From the NCBI GenBank assembly GCA_017654855.1, contig CM030338.1, positions 1,550,001 to 1,614,000 of the forward strand: a stretch of DNA of 64,000 bases, read 5' to 3'. Below are positions 34,537-46,834 of the stretch, in pieces (position 1 is the stretch's first letter; every line of letters starts with the position of its first letter). Below the pieces are notes generated by a model. That model had not been told where the DNA came from, searched no databases, and worked only from the letters and a program-made list of their open reading frames with translations. Position numbers and translations under genes: made by a program. The stretch comes from Podospora anserina. Taxonomy: Eukaryota.

Positions 34537-37500
34537 ATGACGGGAGACTTTGAGTCCCCGAGCCCAGGAGGTCATCTGCCCAACGAGGCCGAGACCAAAG
34601 ATGGAAACCTCAGGCTAGTTACCGAAACCCAAAACGGCCAGCAGGTTACTGTTGTCCGTGATGCCGATAACCACATTGTGTATCCCACCTACGTCCCACC
34701 TGCAACTCGCTCTCCCGTGTCAGGAGATTCGCCTTCTACATCGCCCTCACCAAAGACTACCACCATGTCCGAACCGAATCAAGATAGGGAAAAGGGGGGG
34801 CAGCGGGAGGCAAAAGGGAAGCAGCAAGAGGAGGAACCAAAAGTCGAACAACCTCGCAAGGTCCAGACAGAACCAACAGACAGAACAGCCTCCCCTCGCC
34901 CCCAAGCTCGAAACTGGGCCACCGAATTCCCCCAACCCGACAAAACCTTCACCATGCCTGCTCCCCCTCGTCGAGCCGGCACAAATCTTTCGGCGATTCC
35001 CCCTGGAGTAGACTATTCTAGCAGCAGCGACTCCTCTTCTTCTTCTTCCGACGACGAAGAAGACTACCATACCCAGCCTTCCAGCAAAAAGAAGCACAAG
35101 AAGAAATCCAAGAAACCAACCCCCGAGGAAGAAGAAGACCGATACCGCCGCTTCAAGATCGGAAACCCTCACTACAAAACCCGCGGCAAGGTCTCCAAGC
35201 GCGACGGCCGGCTGAGCATTTCTGTCAAGGACACCTCCCAGACGGGGTATCTAGCCAAAGCTCTCGGGACAGCAGCAAAGCACATGGTGCCACTGAAGCC
35301 GCCCCCGGGCGGTTCAGACTCTGAATCCTCCAAGTCGGTCGCCGCCCACTTCAAGGGGGTTCCCACCCAGAAACGGACCGCTTCCACGATCGATATCAAG
35401 TCGCTCAAACCACCCAAACTCAACATCGTGATCATGGTCATTGGCTCCCGGGGTGACGCACAACCGTTTCTCAAGATTGGGAAGATCCTCAAGGAGAAGT
35501 ACGGACACCGCGTCCGTATTGCCACCCACCCCGCCTTTAGGGACTTTGTCGAGCAGGACTCTGGACTGGAGTTTTTTTCTGTCGGGGGGGACCCGTCTGA
35601 GCTGATGAGCTTCATGGTGAAGAACCCGGGCATGATTCCGACCTTGTCGTCGGTCAAGGCGGGGGACATACAGAAGCGGCGGGCGGCCATGGCGGAGATG
35701 TTTCAGGGGTTTTGGAGGGCGTGCATCAACGCCACCGACGACGAGCACGACGTGAGGAACATCAAGATGATGGGCAGGCGGGACCCGTTCGTGGCGGATG
35801 CGATCATTGCGAACCCGCCGAGCTTTGCGCACATTCACTGCGCCGAGGCGCTGGGGATTCCGTTGCACTTGATGTTTACTTTTCCTTATACCCCGACGCA
35901 GGCGTTCCCGCATCCGCTGGCGAGCATTAAGAGGAGCAATGTGGAGGAGGGGTATACGAACTTTATCAGTTACCCGTTGGTGGAGATGATGGTGTGGCAG
36001 GGTTTGGGGGACTTGGTGAATGAGTTTAGGGTTGGGACGCTGGGGCTGGATCCGGTGAGCACGCTCTGGGCTCCCGGGGCGACGTATCGGTTGCATGTGC
36101 CGTTTACGTATCTTTGGAGTCCGGGGTTGGTGCCGAAGCCGGGGGATTGGGGGGAGGAGGTGGAGGTGGCGGGGTTTGTGTTTTTGGAGCTGGCGGATAG
36201 TTTTAAGCCGCCGGGGGAGCTCGAGAGGTTTTTGGGGAGGAGCGATCAGGGTGGTGGGGAGGGGAGGAGAGGGAGGATGAGAAGCCGGTGGTGTATATTG
36301 GGTTTGGGAGCATTGTTGTGGATGACCCGGAGAGGTTCACCGAGATGATCTTTGAGGCGGTGGAGTTGGCGGGTGTGAGGGCGTTGGTTAGTAAGGGGTG
36401 GGGAGGGCTGGGGGGGGACAAGTTGGATGTTCCCGAGGATGTGTATATGCTTGATAATACGCCTCATGACTGGCTGTTCCCTAGGGTGAAGGCGTGTGTC
36501 ATCCATGGAGGGGCGGGGACGACGGCGATCGCGTTGAAGTGTGGGAAGCCGACGATGATTGTGCCGTTTTTTGGGGATCAGCATTTTTGGGGGAGCATGG
36601 TTGGCAATGCGGGGGCTGGGCCGGAGGCGGTGCCGTATAAGGAGCTGACAGCGGAGAAGTTGGCGGAGGGGATCAAGTTTTGTTTGAGGGATGAGGCTAG
36701 GGAGGCGGCGGAGAAGATTGCGAGGGATATTGAACGGGAGGGGGACGGGGCGGAGAATACTTGTGAGGCCTTTCATAAGGGGTTGTTGATTCAGAGAGAG
36801 GTGAAGGGAGGGGGGAGGAGCTCGATGAGGTGTTCGATTCTGCCGGATCAGGTGGCGGTTTGGCGGATGAAGGAGACGGGGTTGAGGTTGAGCCCTATTG
36901 CGGCGGAGATGTTGGTGGAGAGGGGGCTGGTGAGCTGGAAGAAGCTGAGGTTGTTGAGACATAACGAGTGGAATGATTTTGAGGGGCCGGGGGAGCCGAT
37001 GACGGGTGTGGCGGGGTCGATTATGGGGACGGTTGGGAATGTTTTTGGGGGGATTGGGGGGGTGCCGTATCGGGTTGCGAAGAGTGCTAAGAAGCGGAAG
37101 GATAAGGAGAAGGGGAAGAGGAAGAAGAGGAAGGATGACAAGAGGCAGCAGCAGCAGCAGCAGCAGAACGGGAATGACGAGGGGGATGGGGAAGAGCCAC
37201 CTCAAGTTGAGACTGCTACTACTCATGCCATTGACGACCGGAGATCGGACTCTTCTTCTGTACGCTCCAACCCGGCAGAGGAAGTAGCTCATCATGTCGG
37301 TCGTGGCGCCCTCAAATCGGCCTCCGCCATCGCCAAAGCCCCTGTCGACCTCAGCTTGGCCCTCGCTCAAGGCTTCCATAACGCCCCTAGACTTTATGGA
37401 GACGACACCGTCCGGCGACCCATCCGTGTTACTGGGATGAAATCAGGTCTCAAAGCAGCCAGAAATGAATTCGCGTACGGCATCTACGACGGCGTCACGG

Positions 37501-38318
37501 GCGTCGTTCGCCTCCCCTACCGCGGAGCAAAAGAAGGTGGCCTTGGTGGGTTTGCAAGGGGCGTGGGTATGGGACTTACGGGGTTTGTGCTCAAGGACCT
37601 GGCTGCTGTCATTGGGCCGGTTGGGTACACGCTCAAGGGAGTGGTCAAGCAAGCTGAACGGGGGAAGCAGCCGATCAAGTACATCAGGCGGGCGAGGATT
37701 GTTCAGGGTGAACGAGACACGGAGGCGTTGAGCGAGGAAGAAAAGGCGAGGTTGAGCAAGGAGGCGCTGAAGGGGTGGTCGGTGATGTGGAAGTTGTGGG
37801 ACGAGATGGTCAAGCAGGAGAAGAAGAAGCGGGGGAGGAGCATCAAGGCTAAGCTTGGAGGGAAGGCGAGGAGGCGCCGAAAGAGAAAGGAATGGGACGT
37901 GGTGTTTGAGAGTGTGGAGGTTGCGGAGAAGGCGTTGGAGGCGCTGAGGAAGGGGGAGGATATGGATGTTGTTTTGGAGCGGGTGGAGAAGGAGAGGAGG
38001 GCGGGTCATAGTCCTGTTGCGGTTGAAAATGGGCAGTCGAACATGTTGGAGAGTACGGAGAATAAGGACTTTGCGGGGGTTGGGAAAAGGGAGGCGGATG
38101 CTGAGACTGCTAGCACGAAGGTTCCTAGTCCGTTGGAGATGAATGGGGTGGGTAGCGGGAGCAAGGTTGATGGGGAGGTGGTGATGGGTGAGGAAAAGAA
38201 GGAGGAGGAGAAGGAGGAGGATATGAAGGAGAATCCGTTTTCGGTGGCCACGCCGGCGATTGCGAAGAATAAGGAGGAGAATAGGATGACGATGGAGGCT
38301 ATTGAGGTTAGGGCTTAG
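34537..38318 (+). CDS. Sterol 3-beta-glucosyltransferase-like GT1 (GT28-N plus UDPGT C-domain) with a 1-nt frameshift near 36250-36275
   Basis: IVIMVIGSRGDAQPF...GHRVRIATH, IANPPSFAHIHCAEALG in ORF 34537; PVVYIGFGSIVVDDP and PHDWLFP...IHGGAGTT...PFFGDQHFWG in ORF 36288, a different frame. Confidence 0.88.
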
Positions 38319-38697
38319 GGGCCGCTTTGAGGCCACTGGAGTTGTTTGCGGTGCGCTGCTTTTGTTTTGGCTGCGGTGCGTTGGGAGTTTTGGAAAGGCA
38401 GAGGTTGAAATAAGCAATATGAGGATACCCCGTTTTCTTTTTTGTAGTGATAAGTGGAGAGATATAGCTGGTGGACAAAGTAATACCTAATTCTACATTC
38501 GAGTCCTATGAGAATGATTGCAATATTGTGATGAAGTAGTTAGTTCCTGGTGTTGGGTTTGATGGCCAAAGATCATGGAATCTCTCTTGGTGCTCGATAA
38601 ATCAACATAGGAAACATCATTACAACCAGCACATTGAACCAGCCCGAAGTAACCTCAATGCTAAACAAATCTCAGTGCTATGGATGCCCTCCCACCA

Positions 38698-40590
38698 CTA
38701 CTCCTTCTCGCTCTCCAACACAGCCTTAATCATGGCCTGCCCTACCTCCACGGCCCCCTTGAATCTCGGCTCAAAGAACTTTTGCGTCACGGCGAACCTC
38801 TCCCTCCAAGTGTCAAACTGCCTCAGACTGACACACTCTGCCCAACCGGCCGCGGCAATCGCAAACTGCAAATCGTCCCTCCTGAAGCTCTTGTCTTCAA
38901 TCCCCACCCGCAAACACTCATCCAGCAACCCTGGGGTCCTGAACAGATGCTCCGCCACGCCCAGCCAAAGCCGAAAGAGAGGCGTCGAGCAAATCATGTG
39001 GTCGTAGGGCACGATCCCCAGCGCAGACCAGCAGTCGACCATGGCCAGCAGACTAAGGTGATTATTCGGCAGCCCCCTCCCCCCTCCCTTTTCCCCAGAA
39101 GGTTTATTAAGTGAAAACCGATCAAGAAGCTCCTCCTTTAGCAGCGGCCTCTCCGCCCACTTGGGGCTCCCCTCGGCGCCAAAGACTTTTTCTTTGGCTT
39201 TGTACACCCTCTCACGCAACTCATCGGATCTGCCCTCAAGCATGAGGTAAAACAACTCAGTACTCGACCGGGCAAACTGCCCAATCTGCTTGTGCGCCTC
39301 TGGGTTGAGGATCGCCAAGCCGGCGTAGACGTGCCACTTTTGGGCGTAGATCCTCAGCATGAGGTTGATTTTCACGTTTTCGATCCCGCCGATGTAGCGA
39401 GATCCTTCCTCCCAGGGGAACTGGCGGTTGGCGTGCCAGGCTTTGCCCATGGAGAGGAAGGCGGCGTGGGTGACGGCTTGGGTGTCGGCCGTGATGCGGT
39501 CGTGCTCTTTGGCTGTGAGGTAGACGTGTGTGGAGTTGAGGCATGACAAGACAGATTCGACTTTCTGGAAAGATTCGTCAGAGGCGCGGTGTTTGATCAG
39601 GACTAAAGGTTGCCCGCGGGGGTCGACGTTGGGGCCGTGGAGGGAATGACAAGAAACGATGTCGACGTCGGATGGGAGGTAGGACTCAAAGGCTTTGATC
39701 TCAGGGTCTTTGCAGGAGGTTTGGCCTCCGACTATGGCGCCTAGACGGGTTGCTATAGAGCACAAAATATGTAAGGAACTGGATGGGACAGTACGATCAT
39801 GATGATGAAGATGATGGATGGGACACACATGGGCCGAACTGTTCGACTACACGACCAATGGCGGCCGCCTCGACGCTGTAGATGATATAATTGCTCGCTC
39901 GCGAAACAAGGTGGCCGTTGCGGAGAATTTGAATATTGGTCTATAGACACAAACATCTCAGCAACTGGCTAACAGCAGCCAAGGTTAGAAAGATTGGAAA
40001 ATCACATCGTACATTGTCTGCAAATTCCTTGGCAAGCTCTTCAAATTTTTCTTCTCTATCGCAGGCCATGACTCTAAAAAGAAACAAAAGAAAAAGAACC
40101 CAACGATTAGCCAACCATATCCGACCAAAGTTCTGAATTGGAACGTGGAAACTGGAAGAAATCTGAGTCAATGTTAGCGGGGAATCCCACAAAAATCGAC
40201 AGTGATAAAAAGGTTGAGTGAAGGTAATACGGTCAGACGAAAAAAATTAGGTAGCTGAGATTTTTCATCATGGAAAGTCCGCAGTAACCACCGGGCCCAG
40301 AATGGGTGACCGACAACACCACGAACGATACTCTAGCCAAATGCACTCAAGTCATCATTGTATTGGGGGGAGGGGAGATTGTGCTGGTGTCAAAAAGAAG
40401 GAAGGACACGTACCATTTGGGGAAGAGCTAAAGTCGCTCAATGATGGTTAGTCGAAGAAAGTCGAGAGAACAAGCATTACCTCCATCCAGCGTTGGCCAG
40501 TCGGCGGGCATACATCCTGCCCATGTCGCCCATGCCAATGAGGCCGATGGTGAAGTCTTTCGACCACGCGAACTCGGATGCCGTCGCCAT
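38698..40590 (-). CDS. TYR1: Prephenate dehydrogenase
   Basis: Exons 40590-40481, 40073-40013, 39940-39829, 39752-38698. Rossmann IGLIGMGDMG, GGQTSCKDPE, CHSLHGP, EHDRITADTQAVTHAAFLSMG. Confidence 0.94.
40226..40364 (-). ncRNA. snR13: Box C/D snoRNA, snR13-like, inside TYR1 intron 1
   Basis: Minus strand: AATAC-A-ATGATGA (C box 40358-40352), GAGTGCATTTGGC-TAGA, internal ATGATGA, CTCAGCTACC, CTGA (D box 40236-40233), CC-GTATT. AATAC/GTATT form a terminal stem. GCATTTGGCTA pairs with conserved LSU rRNA UAGCCAAAUGC; layout resembles yeast snR13 as recalled. Confidence 0.85.
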
Positions 40591-40980
40591 TGTTGTTTCT
40601 CTTCCGAGCGAAAACGGTATTGCAAAGCAAGGGATACTCCTCGATGGCAAAGATCACATCCTCAGCAGGGCAACTGCGCAGAACTCCCAGCTTGTCTCTC
40701 AAAGCGGGGAAGAAAGTGTGCAAAGAATGCGAAGCTGGCTCGGCTGCTGTTGCTATTGTTGCGAGTTGAAGAGAAGTGAAAGAAAATTTCTGACTGGAAC
40801 TGAAATTTAAGCTTGCTCAAGGTGGGGCTCCCACCGTGCCCGCGACGCCCCACGGCCCCACTTGGATCTGGCAGACAGTGCACACTGTGGAGCGCACATG
40901 ACAAGACCTTGGTCATCAGGGTTAAGCTTCCCGAGACATCACCACTTACACTCACCTTATCAACCAACAACCTCACTCAG

Positions 40981-42028
40981 ATGACCACCCTCCTATCATT
41001 CGGCTCCAACGGCTCAGGCCAACTGGGCCTCTCCCACCAAGAAGACGTCTCCTCCCCCCTCCCTCGTCTTCACCCCCCACCCCTCAACCCTCCCCAGCTC
41101 AGTCGCCCAAATAGCCGCAGGAGGGAACCACACCCTCCTCCTCCTCACCAACAACCAAGTCCTCTACTCAGGCGACTCTCACAACAACAACAAAATCACC
41201 CCAACCTTCACCCCTCCACCCCTTCCAACACCTCCCCCAACCCCAATAAGATCCATCTCAGCAACCTGGTCCGCCTCCCACATAGCCACCCCCTCCCAGA
41301 TATGGGTCCACGGCCACGGAACAAAAGGTGAACTTGCCCTCGGCTCCGGCATCACCTCGGCCACCTCCTTCCAACCCATCCCCAACTTTCCACCCTCAAA
41401 CACAATAATCGTCTCTATATCGGCCAGCATGTCCCACGCCGTTGCTGTCCTGAACAACGGCCAAGTCTACGGTTGGGGCGCAGGTCGTAAAGGCCAGCTA
41501 GGTCCTGAACCATCACCCGCGGTGTCTTCACCAAGGTTAGTATCATGTCCTTTCCCTGTGGTGAAAGCCCTTTGCGGGAAGGAATTCACCCTCCTGCTTG
41601 GCCCTCCCCGAACAGGAGAGTTTCTGGTATTAGGGTCAGATAAATTCGGGATTAAATCCAACGCCCCCTCAGATCTAAAAGGTTGGAAGGACGCTGGTGC
41701 TAGCTGGGGGAGCGTCATCCTGCTAAAAGAGGACGGATCCCTCATCAGCTGGGGAAGGGATGACCACCAGCAACTTGCCCCATCGGACATTGGGCCAGTG
41801 GAAAAGATTGCTGTTGGGAGTGAGCATGCCCTGGCATTGACAAGAGACGGCAAAGTCCTGGCTTGGGGCTGGGGAGAACATGGCAACTGTGGATCACTTG
41901 AGGAGAACAACAAGGAGAGGGCGAATGTCATTCAAATCCCGGATGAATACAACTTGGAGGATCAGGAGGTTACAGCTCTAGGGGCAGGGTGCGCCACGAG
42001 TTGGATTGCCTTTGAGAAAAGGAGGTAA
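40981..42028 (+). CDS. ATS1: RCC1-repeat protein, ATS1/Kti13-like, with a 1-nt frameshift in a C6 run at 41054-41059
   Basis: MTTLLSFGSNGSGQLGLSHQEDVS; after removing one C the frame continues QIAAGGNHTLLL...GHGTKGELALG...VYGWGAGRKGQLG...IAVGSEHALAL...WGWGEHGNCG...GAGCATSW. Confidence 0.78.
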
Positions 42029-42108
42029 ATAGCAAAGATGCGAGATATGGTATCAGTGATGAGAACAACCGCCAAACACTGCCGAACGCCGAGATGCAAA
42101 TGCTGTCA

Positions 42109-43693
42109 TTAATCGGTGAACAAGCCGAACCCACGGACCTAAGGTTATCGTCAGTTGAGTCCGCATGAGGAGGAGGGGAATTGAGCATACCTGTGAAAGG
42201 CGCTGGGTTGGATCGAGTCCTGACACCAAACGATCAGACGGAGTGTCCTCTGTGCTGGTGGAGGATTTCTGCAGGTAACTACTAATACGCAGAGTGGATA
42301 TATTCTGTGACAAGAGAGTCAGTAGGTCCCCTCGAATGGTAAGATGTCATCGTGTGTAGCAACGAACCGGATCACTGGTAGAGTTCCACTCCAACCTGGC
42401 ATTCTCCTCCTCTTCCTCGTCCTCGTCAGGATTGATAGGCTCCCACTGCCGGTCATCGTCCAGCTCATGGGGCGCCGGTCCCATAAACAGGGAGTCCTCC
42501 GACTGTGCCGTCCCCGGGGGTGGCTGCTGTGGCGGGCGGAGGTGAAATGCCGGTGGAGGGCGAGGCCTCGACGATGTTGGATTTTGTGGCTGTTGTGGCG
42601 GTTGGGCCACGGTTTGCGGGGTTGGATCTGGCAGAGCTTGCTGGCGGACACTATTGGACATTGAACTAGCTCTGTGTGATGCCGCGTCAAGCTCTGGCCT
42701 GGGAGTCTTTGCAGAGGCATTTGGCCGGGCGGTCTTTTGCCTTGGTTCTCTGGCATCTTTCTCGCCAACAGTCATTAAGATAAACTCGCACAGGATGCCA
42801 TCAGCTGCGTAGTATAACTTCATGGGACGGCCTGGGTTGCTGTAGCTTGTGGCTAGCTCCCCGCTGGTAATCTGAGCATGCTGGAGGATGGCGCGAAAGT
42901 CCTTGACGCTGATAATGATGTGGAGTTTGTCCTCGACCTGGACATTGTCGAACTCGTCCATCTCGACCGCGATGTTGGTGTGAAGGGGCTTTTTGAGGAC
43001 GGTCTCGCTGTTAGCGCCGCCCCGTTTCTGGACCTTTTCGGTGAAGCATGTAAAGTTGACGAGGTTGCTGTCCTCATCTGTGTTGATGTCGAGGAGCTCA
43101 ATGCCTGGTCCGAAATGGTCCATGAGCTGGCGAAGTGTTTTGGAAGAGATGGCCCATTGGTTTCTTGCCTCTTGCTTGTTGAACTTTGCGTGGGTGGGTG
43201 CTTTGACTTCGTATGGGAGAATATGCGAGGCAGTGATCCCGTTCCTAAAAGAAACCCTAGCAACAAGACGGCTTTTCTTGCCAACGCCATCGTCAATGGC
43301 TACGTCGCAGCGTTCAATGGAGGCGTCTCTCCCGTAGGCAGTCTCGCCGCCACCCTGCCGCGTTCTAAAGATAGCGAGTAGGGACTTGATGTAGAGCTGG
43401 CATGAGAACTTCTCGCGGTACTGGGGGCTTCCCTCGAATGTGTACCCGGAGAAGAAGCGGGTTGCGGCGAAGGAATAGCAAACATAAGCCGATTTGGAGA
43501 TGTTCAGCGTTGTTAACATAAGCTGCAGGCAAACCTGTTAATGCAACCCCTCGTCTTCCAAGCAGGCAGAACACCAAACCTTTTCCTTCCTGGCCTCGAG
43601 ACAGACCTCGTCACTGAACTTGAACATGCATGACAATGCATCGTGGAGCACGGCCACGCCATCTTCACTCAGAGTGAAGTTGAGCACCACCAT
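42109..43693 (-). CDS. rad9: 9-1-1 checkpoint clamp subunit Rad9/Ddc1
   Basis: Introns 43579-43523, 42367-42305, 42190-42139. MVVLNFTLS...LHDALSCMFKFSDEVCLEA, LTTLNISKSAY, KKPLHTNIAV..DEF, VKDFRAILQHA, YSNPGRPM, tail PTQRLSQVRGFGLFTD*. Confidence 0.88.
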
Positions 43694-43939
43694 CTTGCCT
43701 TTGAGGTGTTGAGGATGATGAAGACTGAATAAAGTTGGTGGACAAGCTCCAAGACAGGCAGTGATGTGCGATTGGTGGGGTTACCTAAACAATTCTCACT
43801 AAAGGAAGGCGCCAGTTAGCGCAAAAGTCCCTGAAAGTTAGTGCTCGAGGCACGTGTCCCGCGACGCGTTCTCGACATGGTGCCTTCAGCCTCATCAGTT
43901 CCAACTACTTTCAAAACTCATTGTTCAACCCCAGACTCA

Positions 43940-45649
43940 ATGGTGACCACGATGCCACCTAGGCTAGTCTTCCCTTGGGATATCTGGTTGATGGTGGTCG
44001 AGGAACTGGCGGCAGACTGTGATTTTGGGACGCTTTATACTTGTGCTCGTATCGATCGAGGTCTGGCACGGTTGGCTCTGCCTCTATTGTACAGTATACA
44101 CGACCAATCACCCGTCTTCCACCAAGTTGCGGGCAGCGAAGCCTCCGTTTGTCGATGGAGGTCCCGCATCGCATCAAGTCCCGACGAACCTCGCTAACCC
44201 TATTGTTGCTGGATCATGTCTTTCGAGCTCGGCCATCTTCACTACGTCCTTGATGATTTTTCACGAAACAACGCGGCCCTCAAAGCTCGATTCTTTCAAG
44301 GTCCAATCGTAAGGGGAAGAAACGGAATCTTGACAAAGTCGTGATTGTGGCTGCCAACTCGATCATACGCTACATCCGGGCCGCTGCCAAGCAGGCTGAT
44401 AAGCTGGTGCAACTCACAACTCTTGATGGTTACTATTCCCCCGCAGCCAGCCTAATGAAATGGGTATCATCGCTGTCAAGCCTCACCTCCCTCTTCGTCG
44501 AGGATGGCTCTATACTCACAGCCGATGTGGCAAAGGCTCTTCGCCAGAAGTGCCCGTCTTTCAACTACCTGTAAGCTAATCGCTGTCTTGAAGCTTTCAT
44601 CAGCGGTGCTGAGTTAACTTCTGTTACAAAAAGACAATATCACTGCTGCGAAGGTCCCGAGGCCGATCAACAGCTCGCCGAATTTTTGCGAGATCTCAAG
44701 CCACAGTCACTGCAAACCTTCGTCATTCGTAGCCGGAACGAAGTAGGAAACGAGACTTTCATGGCTTTGCAACAACACTCAAGTTCACTCCAAAAACTTT
44801 GCCTCATGCGCCTCAACCCCACCGCGTTGAGGTCTCTTCACCAGCTTCGGCATTCCCTCGCAATCACGACGTTGGCCATCGAAGGGAACGACATGGTGGA
44901 AGGGTTTGGCTGGCTAGACTATGATAACCCGGCCGACTTTGAGGAAGTGGCGGAGTGGCTTTCAAAGTGTGCTTCACTCCGCGAGCTTTTGCTGGCTCGC
45001 GGGTCAAACGCAACGGGCCTTCTCCTCAAGATCGAGAATAATCTCGGCATGATCGAGGACGACTCTCCTGTCATGGAATTGACAAGCTTGAACCTCGACC
45101 TCACTGAGCTCAATAATCGGACTTTTGGTATTTCATCGGAAACCAACCATCCCTTGAAAATCTAACCATGAGGATCGAGGATAACCTATTTGCGTCGCCT
45201 GATGAATTTTACACGGAACTTGCCCCTCTGCTCGGAAAGCTCGAGAAGCTCAAAACGCTAAACACCAACGCGACATTCACGATGCGGGATGTTGCCATAA
45301 GCATCGCGTCCCTGGAGCATCTCAAGGGCTGTATTTGAATGGCGACCTGATTACCGACGAGTATCTTGCTCACCTCATCCGGCTTAAGAAGCTCCGGTCG
45401 TTGACGATCCTCGGCCCTTCCCGCTTGACAATGGATGGCTTCTTTCAGTTTCTGGACGTCTTGATCAGTCATCTGAGCGATTATGGCAACCCCCGCAAGG
45501 GCCTCCGAATAGCAATACAATCTCAAAAGTTAGATGCGCATCTTGACAAAGGCGAGGTGGAGTGGATATCAAAGTCTATGAAACGGGACTTCGGAGGGAC
45601 TTTTGATATCACGTACGACACTGGCGGGGATGAGATGGACGGAGGATGA
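43940..45649 (+). pseudogene. Disrupted F-box-like/LRR (RNI-like) gene
   Basis: F-box-like start (FPWDIWLMVVEELA...LYTCARIDRGLARLALPLLYSIH) and LRR-like segments continue across at least four frame changes (~44190, ~44325, ~45115, ~45330). Confidence 0.7.
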
Positions 45650-46834
45650 CTATTCGTACTACTGAGTTTTGGGGTTTCTGGGACAGAGGTCAGGGGCAGG
45701 TTTGGATAAGGCGGTTGAAAGAGATTCGCATAGAATAAAGGGCATAATTGATTTTTGAGGTGGTTATGGGGTCTAATACGGCGGGTAATGTCCAGGAATA
45801 GACAGCAATTTAGTTATTACTGCAGCATACAAAATGATGTATTTTGACGCGCCTCAAAAGACGAACCTAGAAAAGACCATCACAGAGACAGGAACAGGGA
45901 ATGTGCCACATCGAGATCTTATCTTATCAGCAATACCTTTTCGAAGGCCCACTCCTAAAGCTCAGACCACCCGCAGCCCACGCCCCACTCTCCCACTCCT
46001 ACAAAAACTCTGCCAGCCAATTCTTCCCTCTCCGAAACTTTTCCTGAACAACAAACACAAACCAACAATCACCAATTTCAGCAAGCAATCCCGCCAGCCC
46101 ACTCGCCATTCGCGACTCGATTTTTCCTCTCGGGCTTTCGTTCATATCACGAAGGACGGGCTCGGCTCCAATTGCTCTCTTCTTGTTTTCCCCCTCAAGC
46201 AAGAGAGGGAACGCAGTTGCCTTGCGTTCTTGCACACCACCTTGAGGCTTTCTTTTTGGTTGCTTGATTTCCCCAGCAAGCTTTTTCACATCCCCATAAC
46301 CCCCCTACACATATACACATGAGAAAAGACGGAAAGACGAACACCACGATTTGCCTACCTGTGTGCCCTTTAATCAATGCACACCAGGTTAACTAGTTTT
46401 TTATCGTTCGCAGTGGAAGAGAAAACCAACGGCCTAGACAGCCAGTCCTATCCACCCTGCTGCCGAGGTTACTTGAAGTGCGTCAGCGGGACTAAAACGG
46501 ACAAACATTTTGATGTGATATGAAGATTGTTTTTGATGATTTGTTTTGTGTGTGTCATTTTGCCAATCAAACATGGAGAAAAGAGAAATATCTATGATTT
46601 GCCTGCCCAAAATGCCATCCATGCTCCCATGCTGTCATGAGGAGGATGGGTACTTGTGCCATATGTTCATGTATCCTTCATAATGGCGTAAAGCCATAAA
46701 CTCAAACCTCCTTGCGCCTGAAAATACCATCACTTGCTGGAAGATTGCAACAGCAGTCCTGCTGGCTGTTGGTGTTCTTCTGGCAGCAGTATCATCACAT
46801 GCTTGCCGTCTCCATCATCACTTCATGGACCATC

